Source: an uncultured Bacillota bacterium (GTDB lineage: Bacteria > Bacillota > Clostridia > Acetivibrionales > DTU013). From it: DNA of 64,000 nucleotides. The notes below the pieces were generated by a model, which was not told the origin of the DNA, did not search any database, and saw nothing but the letters and a program-made list of their open reading frames with translations. Made by a program: the position numbers and the translations under genes. This document shows, one piece after another, positions 9,294-18,425 of the stretch (positions are counted from its first letter, which is position 1; each line of letters opens with the position of its first letter). Location: positions 740,901 through 804,900 of the forward strand of contig OW818679.1 of NCBI GenBank assembly GCA_942493145.1, read 5' to 3'.

Positions 9294-10274
9294 ATGGAAA
9301 TACTTCAACTTGAGCATTTACTGATGATAGAAAAAAATAAGACCATGCGATTAGCAGCAGAAAAAGTTTTCATGTCGCAACCCGCACTGAGCCATGGTTT
9401 AAAGAAGCTGGAGCATGAGTTGGGCTGTCAGCTGTTTGACCGTATCCACAACCAATTGTGCATTAATGCATACGGTGAAATTATGTTGAAACATTCCGAG
9501 CGGATTATGCAGGAAATCGAAGCGGCTAAGCAGGAGATTGCCGAAGAGCAAATGCGTCAGGCAAAAAAAATCAGAATCGGGTGTTATTCATATGCATTTC
9601 AGAGCCTCGTGCTTCCTCAACTCGCAAATGTTTTAAAGCAGAATATTCTTGAATGCCGGATCAGTGATTTTCATCCTATGGCAAGGGACTTACAGGAAGG
9701 CATCTTTGATGTTGTTTTCACAGACAAAGCCTGTGAAGGGGACGGCATAAAAACAGTCAAGCTGTTTAATGAACAGGTTATGGTCTCACTGCCTTCTTCC
9801 TCTGAGTATGCATCACGGCAGTGTATATATGTTACCGACCTTAAAAAGCTGAATTTATATCTGCCAACAGATGCATCAGGCTACACGGACTGGTTTGTCC
9901 GGATATTGAGTTCCGCCGGAGTTTCAGCCCCGCTCTCAGGTGGTGTACCATTTGGAGAATATCTGTATAATAAAGACAGCGTAGACAAATGTCACTTAAC
10001 GTCTTCCTTTATCATGCGTTTCGTACCGACTGCCGCAAGGAGAGTAGTTATCCCACTGGCAGACGGGATGGCTACACGTGACGTTTTTATGTCGTATAAT
10101 CAAAAAGATGAAGACCGGCTTATACAATTGGTCTCTTACATTGAAAAAAATCGCGATAGCTTTTTTTGTAGCTATTCTTACATCTCATATTTCCTTTTCC
10201 CCAGTGAAAGACAGAATCTTCTTTTCATCAATGATAAAAATTTAGAATCACCTGATTCAAAAAGCGGCGCCTGA
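9294..10274 (+). CDS. LysR-family transcriptional regulator
   Basis: N-terminal HTH LAAEKVFMSQPALSHGLKKLEHELGCQLFDR. Confidence 0.9.
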   Translation: MEILQLEHLLMIEKNKTMRLAAEKVFMSQPALSHGLKKLEHELGCQLFDRIHNQLCINAYGEIMLKHSERIMQEIEAAKQEIAEEQMRQAKKIRIGCYSYAFQSLVLPQLANVLKQNILECRISDFHPMARDLQEGIFDVVFTDKACEGDGIKTVKLFNEQVMVSLPSSSEYASRQCIYVTDLKKLNLYLPTDASGYTDWFVRILSSAGVSAPLSGGVPFGEYLYNKDSVDKCHLTSSFIMRFVPTAARRVVIPLADGMATRDVFMSYNQKDEDRLIQLVSYIEKNRDSFFCSYSYISYFLFPSERQNLLFINDKNLESPDSKSGA

Positions 10275-10294
10275 AATGGCGCCGTTTTTTTTTT
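10264..10294 (+). terminator. Intrinsic terminator overlapping the lysR stop
   Basis: GCGGCGCC-TGAAAT-GGCGCCGT followed by a poly-T run. Confidence 0.85.
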
Positions 10295-10666
10295 ACACAA
10301 AATAACGAGACGGCTATGTCCCCCGCCTCCTTGAAACGCACGCCTAAAGGCGCTTAAGGCAAGAAAATTTCTACAGCACATGCTGCGGCATATGCCAGAC
10401 GAAATTTTTTACCATTGCGTTATAATCAGCTGATAAACACTACTTATTAGCTTTATTTCACATGAAGAATTACACTGAATCATAGTGACTATACAGAGTA
10501 GTTTATTCTAACCGCTCTGAGTAGCGAGCTGATTACTACCCTGCATCAAAAATAGTTTGAATTATTAATCGTCCCTGTAGATTCCTTTAAAATACAGATA
10601 AATTATGTGAGAAAGATGTTTAGCGCTTCAGGCGCGAATTTCCTCATAAAACATAAGGAGGCAAAT

Positions 10667-11908
10667 ATGCCAGAGACTATCTATGAACAACGAATAAGGA
10701 TAGCGAATGAAGCTATTCGTCACGAAGAGCCGGAACGTGTTCCTATATGGATTAATTACGGCACCACACCTTTTATGCTGAGCAATGACGGAACGACCTA
10801 CAGAGACGCACTGTACAACCATGAAGCCGCGGCAAAAGCCATTATTACATTTCATCTGGACTTCCAGCCGGATGTTCAGCTTTCCCAACTTTTAAGCGGA
10901 AAAGCAGAAGAAATTGCCGGTACCAAGTATATAGACTGGCCTGGCCGTCCCGGTACTACGCTACGAAATGACAGTATATTTCAGGTACACGAGTATGAGT
11001 TTATGAAAGAGGACGAATATCCTGAGTTGTTGAGCGATTTTACCGGATTTATGCTCCACAAATACATACCTCGCGCGTTTCCCGGTCTTGAGGGTCTATC
11101 CACGGTTCTCAATCCGTCTCCATGCGGATTGATGTATTTCGGGCAATTAGGCAATATGTTCAGACCACAAGCTATGGAAGCTTATGAGAAGCTCATTGAA
11201 ATCGGAAAACTGCAGGATGAGACACAGAAGGACACTTATGCAGTAATGGGCCAGCTCACTCAGCTCGGGTTTCCCCCTATGCTGACAGGCGTCGGTCTCG
11301 TCCCGTTTGATTTGCTCTCCAACTATTTCCGTGGCACCGTTGCTATGTTTGAGGATCTTATCGAGTGCCCGGATATGGTCGAAAAGGCCGTAAACATGTT
11401 TGCGGACCTTCAGATTGCTAATCTCCAGTACCTCCGCTTCGCGCCTTTGCCGGTGAAGCGTGTCATGTTCTGGATGCACAAGGGTATGGATGGATTTATA
11501 AGCCCCAAGCAATTTGATGTCTTGTACTGGAGGCCGTTCCTGAAAGTAATCAATGCATTGGTCGATATGGGGGTCACACCGATCATCTACACCGAAGGCA
11601 ATTACTACAAGAGAATTGACCAAATGAAAGACCTCCCTGCTGGAAAGTGCGTTATTCACTTTGAAAACGTCGACCTGGAATATGCCAAGAAGACTATTGG
11701 CGTAGAAAACTGCATCACAAGCAATTTTCCGATTTATCTTCTGGAACACGGCACAAAGGAACAGGTCATTAATGAAGTAAAGAGGGAAATCGACATATGT
11801 GCGCCGGGTGGCGGTTTTATATTTGAAACAAATGCATCGATTATGGCTGTAAAGCGTGAAAATCTTGAGGTGCTTTATGATACAGTTCGTGAATATGGCA
11901 GGAAATAA
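10667..11908 (+). CDS. URO-D/MtaA-CmuA superfamily protein (candidate corrinoid methyltransferase I or decarboxylase)
   Basis: EEPERVPI, PFDLLSNYFRG, MHKGMDGFISPKQF..YW, CAPGGGFIF. ATG 10667 after AAGGAGG. Confidence 0.75.
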   Translation: MPETIYEQRIRIANEAIRHEEPERVPIWINYGTTPFMLSNDGTTYRDALYNHEAAAKAIITFHLDFQPDVQLSQLLSGKAEEIAGTKYIDWPGRPGTTLRNDSIFQVHEYEFMKEDEYPELLSDFTGFMLHKYIPRAFPGLEGLSTVLNPSPCGLMYFGQLGNMFRPQAMEAYEKLIEIGKLQDETQKDTYAVMGQLTQLGFPPMLTGVGLVPFDLLSNYFRGTVAMFEDLIECPDMVEKAVNMFADLQIANLQYLRFAPLPVKRVMFWMHKGMDGFISPKQFDVLYWRPFLKVINALVDMGVTPIIYTEGNYYKRIDQMKDLPAGKCVIHFENVDLEYAKKTIGVENCITSNFPIYLLEHGTKEQVINEVKREIDICAPGGGFIFETNASIMAVKRENLEVLYDTVREYGRK

Positions 11909-12000
11909 CAGGATTTCCTATCAGGCGAACCAGACTGACATGCGGTTTTAAAGTGCGAGAGCGCTTTTAACAAAAAAATAAAAAACTGGAGGGAACAAAA

Positions 12001-13137
12001 ATGTTTGGAAAGAAAAAAGGCTTAAATTACCTATCTTTATTTATTTTATTGGTCCTGGTGTCCGTGGTATTTTTAAGTGGTTGCGCGCAACAGGAACAAC
12101 AGCCGGCTACTCAATCCAATACTACTGTCCAACAGGAACAACAGCCGACTGCTCAATCTACTACTCCTGTCCAACAGGAACAAGAGCCGGTAGTATTTAA
12201 TGTGAACTTATCGGCTTCGGAGCAAGCACACAAGTCAGTGATTAATTTTGGCAAGGCTCTTGAAGAACGGACCGGTGGTAAAGTAAAATTAAAGTTGTAT
12301 TATAACAGTTCATTGCTGCCAATCCCTGACCAAATAACAGGTTTGCAAAGCGGTATTGCTGACATTTCCAATATGACGGCTTCAACTTTTCTTGGTGCTT
12401 TGCCGTTAAATGATATGCTCGGCTGGCCATTTATGGGGTATTCCAATTATAATGATGTTTTTGCCTTGCACATGAAGCTCTTGCAGGATGTACCGGAGTT
12501 GGGAGCTGAGTTTAGCGATATAGGGCTTCGGGTATTTTCAGGGTTTGCGATGCCCCCGCACGATTTGCTGATAGCCAGTAACAAAAAAGTGCAAAGTCCC
12601 GCTGATATTAAAGGAATGAAAATTGTTTCAACCAAGCCCGTTTCGTCAGCCATGATTCAGAAATGGGGCGGGGCACCTATAGCAATTCAGATACCGGATT
12701 ATTACATGTCCCTGGAAAGGGGTGTTGCGGACGGAGTCCTACTCAACTTGCATGGTACTCTTGCTTTCGGGATAACACCTCTGGTGAAGCAGTATGTGTC
12801 ATTTGGCACTCAAGGATTAACTGTAGAGAATGTGCTTTATGTAATGAGTGAGAATGCCTGGAATAAGATGACTCCTGAGACCCAAAAGATTTATATGGAA
12901 GAAGCCGCCAAGCTCAATTTAGAAGATAGTGCAACAGTTGGCAACAATGTTAAGAAAACTACTGAAATACTTGAAAAAACCGGTGCACTTACCGTTCTTA
13001 CGCCGGAACAGGTTGCCGAATTCTCTAAAGATGCGCCTGAAATTCATAAAGAAAAGATCGCTGAACTGGAGAAACAAGGTAAACCGGCACAGAAAGTTTA
13101 TGACGCCATCAGGAAAGCGGCAACAGAAATGAAATAA
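12001..13137 (+). CDS. dctP: TRAP transporter substrate-binding lipoprotein (DctP family)
   Basis: Lipobox FLSGC, ERTGGKVKLKLY, DYYMSLERGVADG, YVMSENAWNKM. Followed by dctQ and dctM. Confidence 0.9.
   Translation: MFGKKKGLNYLSLFILLVLVSVVFLSGCAQQEQQPATQSNTTVQQEQQPTAQSTTPVQQEQEPVVFNVNLSASEQAHKSVINFGKALEERTGGKVKLKLYYNSSLLPIPDQITGLQSGIADISNMTASTFLGALPLNDMLGWPFMGYSNYNDVFALHMKLLQDVPELGAEFSDIGLRVFSGFAMPPHDLLIASNKKVQSPADIKGMKIVSTKPVSSAMIQKWGGAPIAIQIPDYYMSLERGVADGVLLNLHGTLAFGITPLVKQYVSFGTQGLTVENVLYVMSENAWNKMTPETQKIYMEEAAKLNLEDSATVGNNVKKTTEILEKTGALTVLTPEQVAEFSKDAPEIHKEKIAELEKQGKPAQKVYDAIRKAATEMK
12088..12189 (+). repeat. 42-nt tandem repeat (about 2.4 copies) encoding the Q/T-rich linker after the lipobox
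   Basis: CAACAGGAACAACAGCCG.. starts at 12088, 12130 and 12172. Confidence 0.9.
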
Positions 13138-13166
13138 TAACAACTTTCTATGGGTGGTAGTTTACC

Positions 13167-13317
13167 TGAGGAAATGTCACCCTATATCGAACCGGTTTGA
13201 GATTAGCTCAAACCGGCTTCGATTACCTTGATTCACCTTGCGACGGCTAATTTTTCATTAGCTGTTACCCGTCGCAAACTATATGGGCCACTTTCATTTT
13301 TAGGTGGCATTTCCTCA
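13167..13317 (+). ncRNA. Structured intergenic element (three-way junction) between dctP and dctQ; function unknown
   Basis: Outer stem 13167-13181/13303-13317 (14 Watson-Crick pairs + 1 GU). Inner hairpins at 13186-13223 and 13238-13277. Confidence 0.45.
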
Positions 13318-13368
13318 AAATATTGATCATCCGAGTTGACTTTCTGGAGATAGGGAGGAATTACATAA

Positions 13369-13845
13369 GTGAAAATCTTGAAAGGGATAAATTTGACTGC
13401 GAAAGTCAGCGGCTATATCGGCGGGGCAGCCGTCGTTGTTTTAATGCTCCTAATGGTCGCTGATATCCTAATGCGCAGGTTTTTTGCCATGCCAATCGTC
13501 GGGGCAACCGAGATTGCCCAATTGGCTATGATTATTATTTTTGTAGGCGTTGCGTATACCACGCTGGAAAACAAGCAAGTGAAAGTGGATTCCTTGATGG
13601 AATGTTTCCCGGTTAAAGTGCAGAACGTTATTGATATGATAATATATCTCTTCACTTTATGCTTTGATCTGTGGCTGGGTTGGCAAACCTACCAGATGGG
13701 TTTCCTTAAGCAGAACCAGATTTATTCCATGCTTAAATTGCCGGTATCCCCTTTTTACTGGGTGTTGTCTGCTGCTTTTTTCCTCACCGCCATTGCAGTT
13801 ATTGGAAAGTTGATTATTAAAGCGAGGGAGGTGGCGGGTAAATGA
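13369..13845 (+). CDS. dctQ: TRAP small permease DctQ
   Basis: Four hydrophobic segments, DILMRRFFAMPIVGATE, HV-like QVKVD motif. GTG start after GGAGG. Confidence 0.9.
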   Translation: MKILKGINLTAKVSGYIGGAAVVVLMLLMVADILMRRFFAMPIVGATEIAQLAMIIIFVGVAYTTLENKQVKVDSLMECFPVKVQNVIDMIIYLFTLCFDLWLGWQTYQMGFLKQNQIYSMLKLPVSPFYWVLSAAFFLTAIAVIGKLIIKAREVAGK

Positions 13846-15140
13846 GTCCAGAAGTAGTAGGAATAATTGGAGTGATAATGATTCTTGTCCTGCTGGCTTT
13901 CCGTATGTATATCGGTTCAGCCATGGGCCTGATTGGATTAATCGGCATTATTTTGCTTCGGGGTATTACGCCGGCTAATAGCATTGCAGGATTCATACCC
14001 TTCCAAAACATCAGTGCTTACTCCATGACCGTAATACCCATGTTTGCCTTTATGGGGGTGATCATTTCCGAGACTGAAATTGGCACCGACTTGTTTCAAA
14101 CGGCAAACAAGTGGATCGGTCATGTTCGCGGCGGGCTGGCTTCGGCTAGTATTGTGGCCTGCGGGCTGCTGGGGGCCATCATCGGTTCCAGTACCATCTC
14201 AACCATTGTGATGGGTAAAATCGCTTTGCCGGAAATGCGGAAGAATGGATATGACGATCTGCTCTCTACCGGTACCATTGCTGCCGGTTCGCCCCTGGCC
14301 ATCATTATTCCACCTAGTATGCCCTTTGTTTTATACGGGATATTGACGGAACAGTCGATTGGCAAGCTGTTTATTTCCGGTGTTCTTCCCGGCGTGCTGA
14401 TGATGATTGCCTACGTTGCCGTAATCGCAGTCATGTGCCGGGTAAAGCCCAAGCTGGCTCCTGCCGAAGTCCAGAGCTTTTCTTTAAAAGAAAAACTACT
14501 TTCACTGAAAAGTACCTGGGCTATGCTGGCACTGGTAGTGCTAGTGCTGGGCGGTATCTATGGAGGCTTCTTTACCCCCACTGAATCCGGCGCTATCGGT
14601 GCCCTTGGAGCATTGATCATTGGTATGGTCAAGAGAAAAATAAACTTGAAAGTCTTTATGCGTTGTGTTAAGCAAGCAGCTTATCTGTCCGGAATGATTC
14701 TGTACTTGCTTGCCGGGACCTTTATTTTCAATTCCTTCATAACTATGAGCAATTTGCCGGAATTGATTACCTCCTTTGTGACAGGCTTAGCGGTACCGGT
14801 TTTCGTGGTTCTTCTGGCCATAGGTGTGATGTATCTGATTTTAGGCTGTTTTTTACCCGAATATCCCATGATGGTATTGACAGTGCCCCTTCTTTTCCCT
14901 GCCATTATGAACCTGGGTGTTGACCCTATCTGGTTTGGCTTATTCGTTGTCTTATTGATGGCGCTGGGGTCAATCTCACCACCCATTGGCTTGACTGTTT
15001 TTATTTTAGGAGGCATTACAGGGGTATCTGTAAACAAAATATTCAGGGGGGTCATGCCCTTCCTTGTTGTTACAATCGTGATCATTGTGTTGATAGTGAT
15101 TTTCCCGTCGCTGGCCACCTTCCTGCCCAGTTTGATGTGA
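13842..15140 (+). CDS. dctM: TRAP large permease DctM
   Basis: IPMFAFMG, IIIPPS, LFISGVLPG, FTPTESG, PIWFG, SPPIG. Confidence 0.95.
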   Translation: MSPEVVGIIGVIMILVLLAFRMYIGSAMGLIGLIGIILLRGITPANSIAGFIPFQNISAYSMTVIPMFAFMGVIISETEIGTDLFQTANKWIGHVRGGLASASIVACGLLGAIIGSSTISTIVMGKIALPEMRKNGYDDLLSTGTIAAGSPLAIIIPPSMPFVLYGILTEQSIGKLFISGVLPGVLMMIAYVAVIAVMCRVKPKLAPAEVQSFSLKEKLLSLKSTWAMLALVVLVLGGIYGGFFTPTESGAIGALGALIIGMVKRKINLKVFMRCVKQAAYLSGMILYLLAGTFIFNSFITMSNLPELITSFVTGLAVPVFVVLLAIGVMYLILGCFLPEYPMMVLTVPLLFPAIMNLGVDPIWFGLFVVLLMALGSISPPIGLTVFILGGITGVSVNKIFRGVMPFLVVTIVIIVLIVIFPSLATFLPSLM

Positions 15141-15143
15141 TAT

Positions 15144-15238
15144 CTTAATCCGGCTCCATGCGGAATGATGTATTTCTGGCAATTAGGCAATATGTTCGGG
15201 CCAAAAGCTAATGATCGATTATGACTGTAAAGCGTGAA
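15144..15238 (+). pseudogene. Scar made of two fused fragments of a paralog of the URO-D-family gene
   Basis: 15144-15210 matches 11108-11174 (60/67 nt). 15214-15238 matches 11836-11860 (24/25 nt). Confidence 0.85.
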
Positions 15239-15257
15239 GAGTATAGTTTACAATATG

Positions 15258-15310
15258 AGAAAAATGACCTTATTGATGGGCCTGGATTTAAGGTCATTTT
15301 TCTTTCCTTT
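15258..15310 (+). terminator. Probable intrinsic terminator of the URO-D/TRAP operon
   Basis: AGAAAAATGACCTTA-N16-TAAGGTCATTTTTCT followed by T-rich sequence. Confidence 0.6.
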
Positions 15311-15392
15311 TTTTAAGGCGGGACCAAAACTGTCTTCTACATAGTTGAATGTAAAAGATACCCTTTTCCCAAGGAATTATGACAAACCTGAA

Positions 15393-15469
15393 TCTTGACG
15401 AACCTAAAATTTTTCCCATAATACCTAAACTGAGCCTCCTTGTATAAGGGCAGGCGCTATGTTATTCTA
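15393..15469 (+). promoter_or_regulatory. Conserved upstream element, copy 2, preceding the SDR-crotonase-thiolase-BKACE operon
   Basis: 46/51 nt identical to 995-1045. ACCTAAA at 15402 and 15423. TTGTAT-N18-TATTCT with TG extension. Extra related unit TGACAAACCTGAA at 15380. Confidence 0.7.
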
Positions 15470-15497
15470 AAAAAAAAGTCAGGGAAAGGACATTATC

Positions 15498-16283
15498 ATG
15501 ACTGATTACCGTGAATTATTCAATCTTAAAAATAAACGCGCCGTTGTGATCGGAGGAGCTGGAGGCATCGGTGGCGAAATTGCCGAAGGGTTCGCCGCGG
15601 TCGGCATGAACGTTGCAATTGCCAGCCGAAGCATGGAAAAGCTTCAAAAGCAGGCGGACAAAATCAAGGAAAACACCGGCGTATCGGTAAAGTGCTTTAC
15701 AGTTGATGGCAGCAGCGAGGACTCTGTGGCAAAGCTGTATGACGAGGTAATAGCTGCATTTGGAGGAGTAGATATCCTGGTCAATTCCCAGGGTTTGAAC
15801 AAGAAGTTTTCCGCCCTTGAACATCCTGTCAACGAATGGGATGAGATGTTCGCGGCAAATGCCAAAAGCGTCATGCTCACCTGCAAGTACTTTGGAAAAT
15901 ACATGAAAGAGCAGCATTACGGGCGGATTATAAACATCAGCTCTATTGGAGCCATACGCTCCAAGCAAAGTGATATCTCTGTGTGCTACGGTTCCACCAA
16001 AGGCGCGGTTAACGCCTATTCAGTGAATCTTGCGGCAGGTTGGGCGGAATATGGCATCACCGTCAATTGCATCGGACCCATCATAACCGAGACTGATATG
16101 ATGAAGCCCCTCTTCGAAAAAAATCCCGAGCTTCGTGCCGGCACCATCGCCAGAGTTCCCATCGGTCGCCTTTGCCAGCCGGAGGACTGCGCGGGCATTG
16201 CCTTGTTCCTCGCGTCAGACGCGTCGGCGTTTGTTACCGGCCAAATCATCTATGCCGACGGCGGGCTCATGACTCTGCAGTAA
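15498..16283 (+). CDS. Classical SDR oxidoreductase (gluconate-5-DH/KduD-like; candidate phloroglucinol-reductase-type)
   Basis: GGAGGIG, ASRS (basic residue suggests NADP), DILVNSQG, INISS, YGSTK, ADGG. Confidence 0.9.
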   Translation: MTDYRELFNLKNKRAVVIGGAGGIGGEIAEGFAAVGMNVAIASRSMEKLQKQADKIKENTGVSVKCFTVDGSSEDSVAKLYDEVIAAFGGVDILVNSQGLNKKFSALEHPVNEWDEMFAANAKSVMLTCKYFGKYMKEQHYGRIINISSIGAIRSKQSDISVCYGSTKGAVNAYSVNLAAGWAEYGITVNCIGPIITETDMMKPLFEKNPELRAGTIARVPIGRLCQPEDCAGIALFLASDASAFVTGQIIYADGGLMTLQ

Positions 16284-16327
16284 TTTTTTTGTATAATATA
16301 GAAGTATAAAAAAGGATTGATTACATA

Positions 16328-17170
16328 ATGCCAAAAGCAAAGTACAATTATGTAAAAATGCTCACGCTTGAGGATCTTCAGGAGAAGTACAAGGATTTCT
16401 TCTTTTTTAAGTTCAAGGACGGAATCCTCGAAATGAAGATGCACTCTGACGGCGGCCCTGTCGTGTGGAGCTATCAGATGCACCACGCGTTAGCAGAGGT
16501 TTACACCGATATTGGTCACGCAAGGTGGGTTGAGTGCCTCATAATCACCTCCACACCGCCCTACTGGATCCACGGCAGCGACAACGCGTCTTTCCAGGAG
16601 GTTGAGCAGTCCCCGGACAATGACCAGCGCTTCAATGTCCAGATATACGATACCCTTAAAGTAGTTGAAAACTTCCTCAGCGACATTGAGGTTCCCACAA
16701 TCGCCGCAATCAATGGCCGCGGCTTCCACTGGGAAATGTGCCTGCTCAGCGATATCACCTTGTGCAGTCCCGACTTCATCCTGCAGGATGACCATTTCGG
16801 CATGAAGGACGGACACGTGCCCGGAGACGGCATGACCATGATCCTGCAACAACTCTGCGGCCTCAAACGCGGCGGGTACATGTCGTATATGTGCCATGGC
16901 ATAGACGCCGAGGAGTGCCTTCGAATTGGTGCGGTCAACGAAATCGTTGACGCCGGTAAAATTCTTGACAGGGCCTGGGAAATTGCCGAACAGCACATCA
17001 TGACAAGGACACGTTCCTGCCGGCGCATGACCCACTATAATATCATGCGTCCTTGGAAGGCCATCTTCGAGCGCGACTTCCGCATTAACGTCTACTCCGA
17101 AATGTATTCCTTCAACCTCTCCGGCAGCGCGCATGATTTTGAGTACATAAAGTACGAGGGCGAAGAATAA
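16328..17170 (+). CDS. Crotonase-superfamily beta-diketone hydrolase (6-oxocamphor hydrolase-like), paralog 1
   Basis: VVWSYQMH, IEVPTIAAINGRGFH, DDHF...VPGDG, GAVNEIV, RAWEIA and C-terminal SE match recalled OCH W40/H45/H122/H145/D154/E244. Confidence 0.8.
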   Translation: MPKAKYNYVKMLTLEDLQEKYKDFFFFKFKDGILEMKMHSDGGPVVWSYQMHHALAEVYTDIGHARWVECLIITSTPPYWIHGSDNASFQEVEQSPDNDQRFNVQIYDTLKVVENFLSDIEVPTIAAINGRGFHWEMCLLSDITLCSPDFILQDDHFGMKDGHVPGDGMTMILQQLCGLKRGGYMSYMCHGIDAEECLRIGAVNEIVDAGKILDRAWEIAEQHIMTRTRSCRRMTHYNIMRPWKAIFERDFRINVYSEMYSFNLSGSAHDFEYIKYEGEE

Positions 17171-17213
17171 ATAAGCAGATTATAAACTGATATAAGAAAG
17201 CGACGTGATCCAT

Positions 17214-18395
17214 ATGAACCATTTAAGAGAGGCTGCGATTGTCTCCGCGGTCCGCCTGCCTGTGGGCAGAGTCGGAGGTGCGTTGGCGGGTATCCGGCCT
17301 GAAAAGCTTGGCGGAATGATTGTAAAAGAGGCTGTGCGCCGGGCGGGTATTGATCCCGAAATCATCGACGAGGTCATATTCGCCTCCTGCGATAATGAAG
17401 ACCTTAAGATCGCGGCAAGAGTAGTCGCGCTTGAGGCGGGGCTCCCGTACACTATTCCCGCTTATCAGATACAAAGAGGATGCGCTTCTTCCCTGACAGC
17501 TCTGTGGGACGGCGCCATGATGATACAGACAGGCTTCGCGGACACCATAGTCTGCGGCGGCTGTGAGAGTACCACTATGGCGCCCTATCTTATGAACAAG
17601 CCGACAAGGGCTTATTCCGTGGCGCCTATGTCCTGGTGTGAGCCTGTGTTCTCCCCCAAGGAGCCATACGGTAATCTCCCAAACGGCCCAACAGCCGACG
17701 AGATTGCAAGGCGATATGGCATAACCCGCGAGGATTGCGACGAATTTTCCGTTAACAGCCACTGCAAGGCCGCTATAGCCTATAAAAACGGATATTTTGA
17801 CAGCCAACTGCTGCCCGTCGAGGTTCCCCAGAAGGGTGGGAAGACCCTCCTTTTTAACCGTGACGAGCCGTTGCGCGATGACTGTACAATGGATGATCTG
17901 ACAAAGCTCAAGCCTTCTTTTTCCAAAGACGGCGTCTCCACCGCGGGCAACAGTTCGCCCCTGACAGACGGAGCTTCATGCGTCATCCTGATGGAACGCG
18001 GCAAAGCCGAAGCTCTCGGACTTGACATTATTGCGATTCTGAAAAACTTTGCCGATGCCGGTTGTGAGCCAATGGTAATGGGTGAGGGTCCCATTTATGC
18101 TACAAGGAAACTCCTCGCCAAAACCGGCCTTACAATAGACGATTTTGATCTCATTGAGATGAACGAAGCCTTTGCCACTCAGTCGATCCGATGCGCCAGG
18201 GAACTGGGCATGGATCCCGAAAGGCTTAATGTCAATGGAGGCGCTATTGCTTTAGGCCATCCTTTTGCAGCAACAGGTACGATACTTGTTGCAAAACTTG
18301 TACATGAAATGCGCCGGCGGGACGCCAAACGCGGACTGGTTACTTTCTGCGTCGGCGGCGGTCTGGGCGTTTCAGCCATGTTTGAAAAACCATAA
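17214..18395 (+). CDS. Acetyl-CoA C-acyltransferase (thiolase)
   Basis: QRGCASS (catalytic Cys), NEAF, GAIALGHPFAATG, FCVGGG. Confidence 0.95.
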   Translation: MNHLREAAIVSAVRLPVGRVGGALAGIRPEKLGGMIVKEAVRRAGIDPEIIDEVIFASCDNEDLKIAARVVALEAGLPYTIPAYQIQRGCASSLTALWDGAMMIQTGFADTIVCGGCESTTMAPYLMNKPTRAYSVAPMSWCEPVFSPKEPYGNLPNGPTADEIARRYGITREDCDEFSVNSHCKAAIAYKNGYFDSQLLPVEVPQKGGKTLLFNRDEPLRDDCTMDDLTKLKPSFSKDGVSTAGNSSPLTDGASCVILMERGKAEALGLDIIAILKNFADAGCEPMVMGEGPIYATRKLLAKTGLTIDDFDLIEMNEAFATQSIRCARELGMDPERLNVNGGAIALGHPFAATGTILVAKLVHEMRRRDAKRGLVTFCVGGGLGVSAMFEKP

Positions 18396-18425
18396 ATAAT
18401 TGTTAAATTAAGAGAGGAATGCCTT

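Noticed and set aside
10300-10420. Minus-strand LSAFRRAF peptide resembling an AraC C-terminal helix
   Set aside because: Only an 8-residue match with no flanking similarity, so it is indistinguishable from chance without a search.
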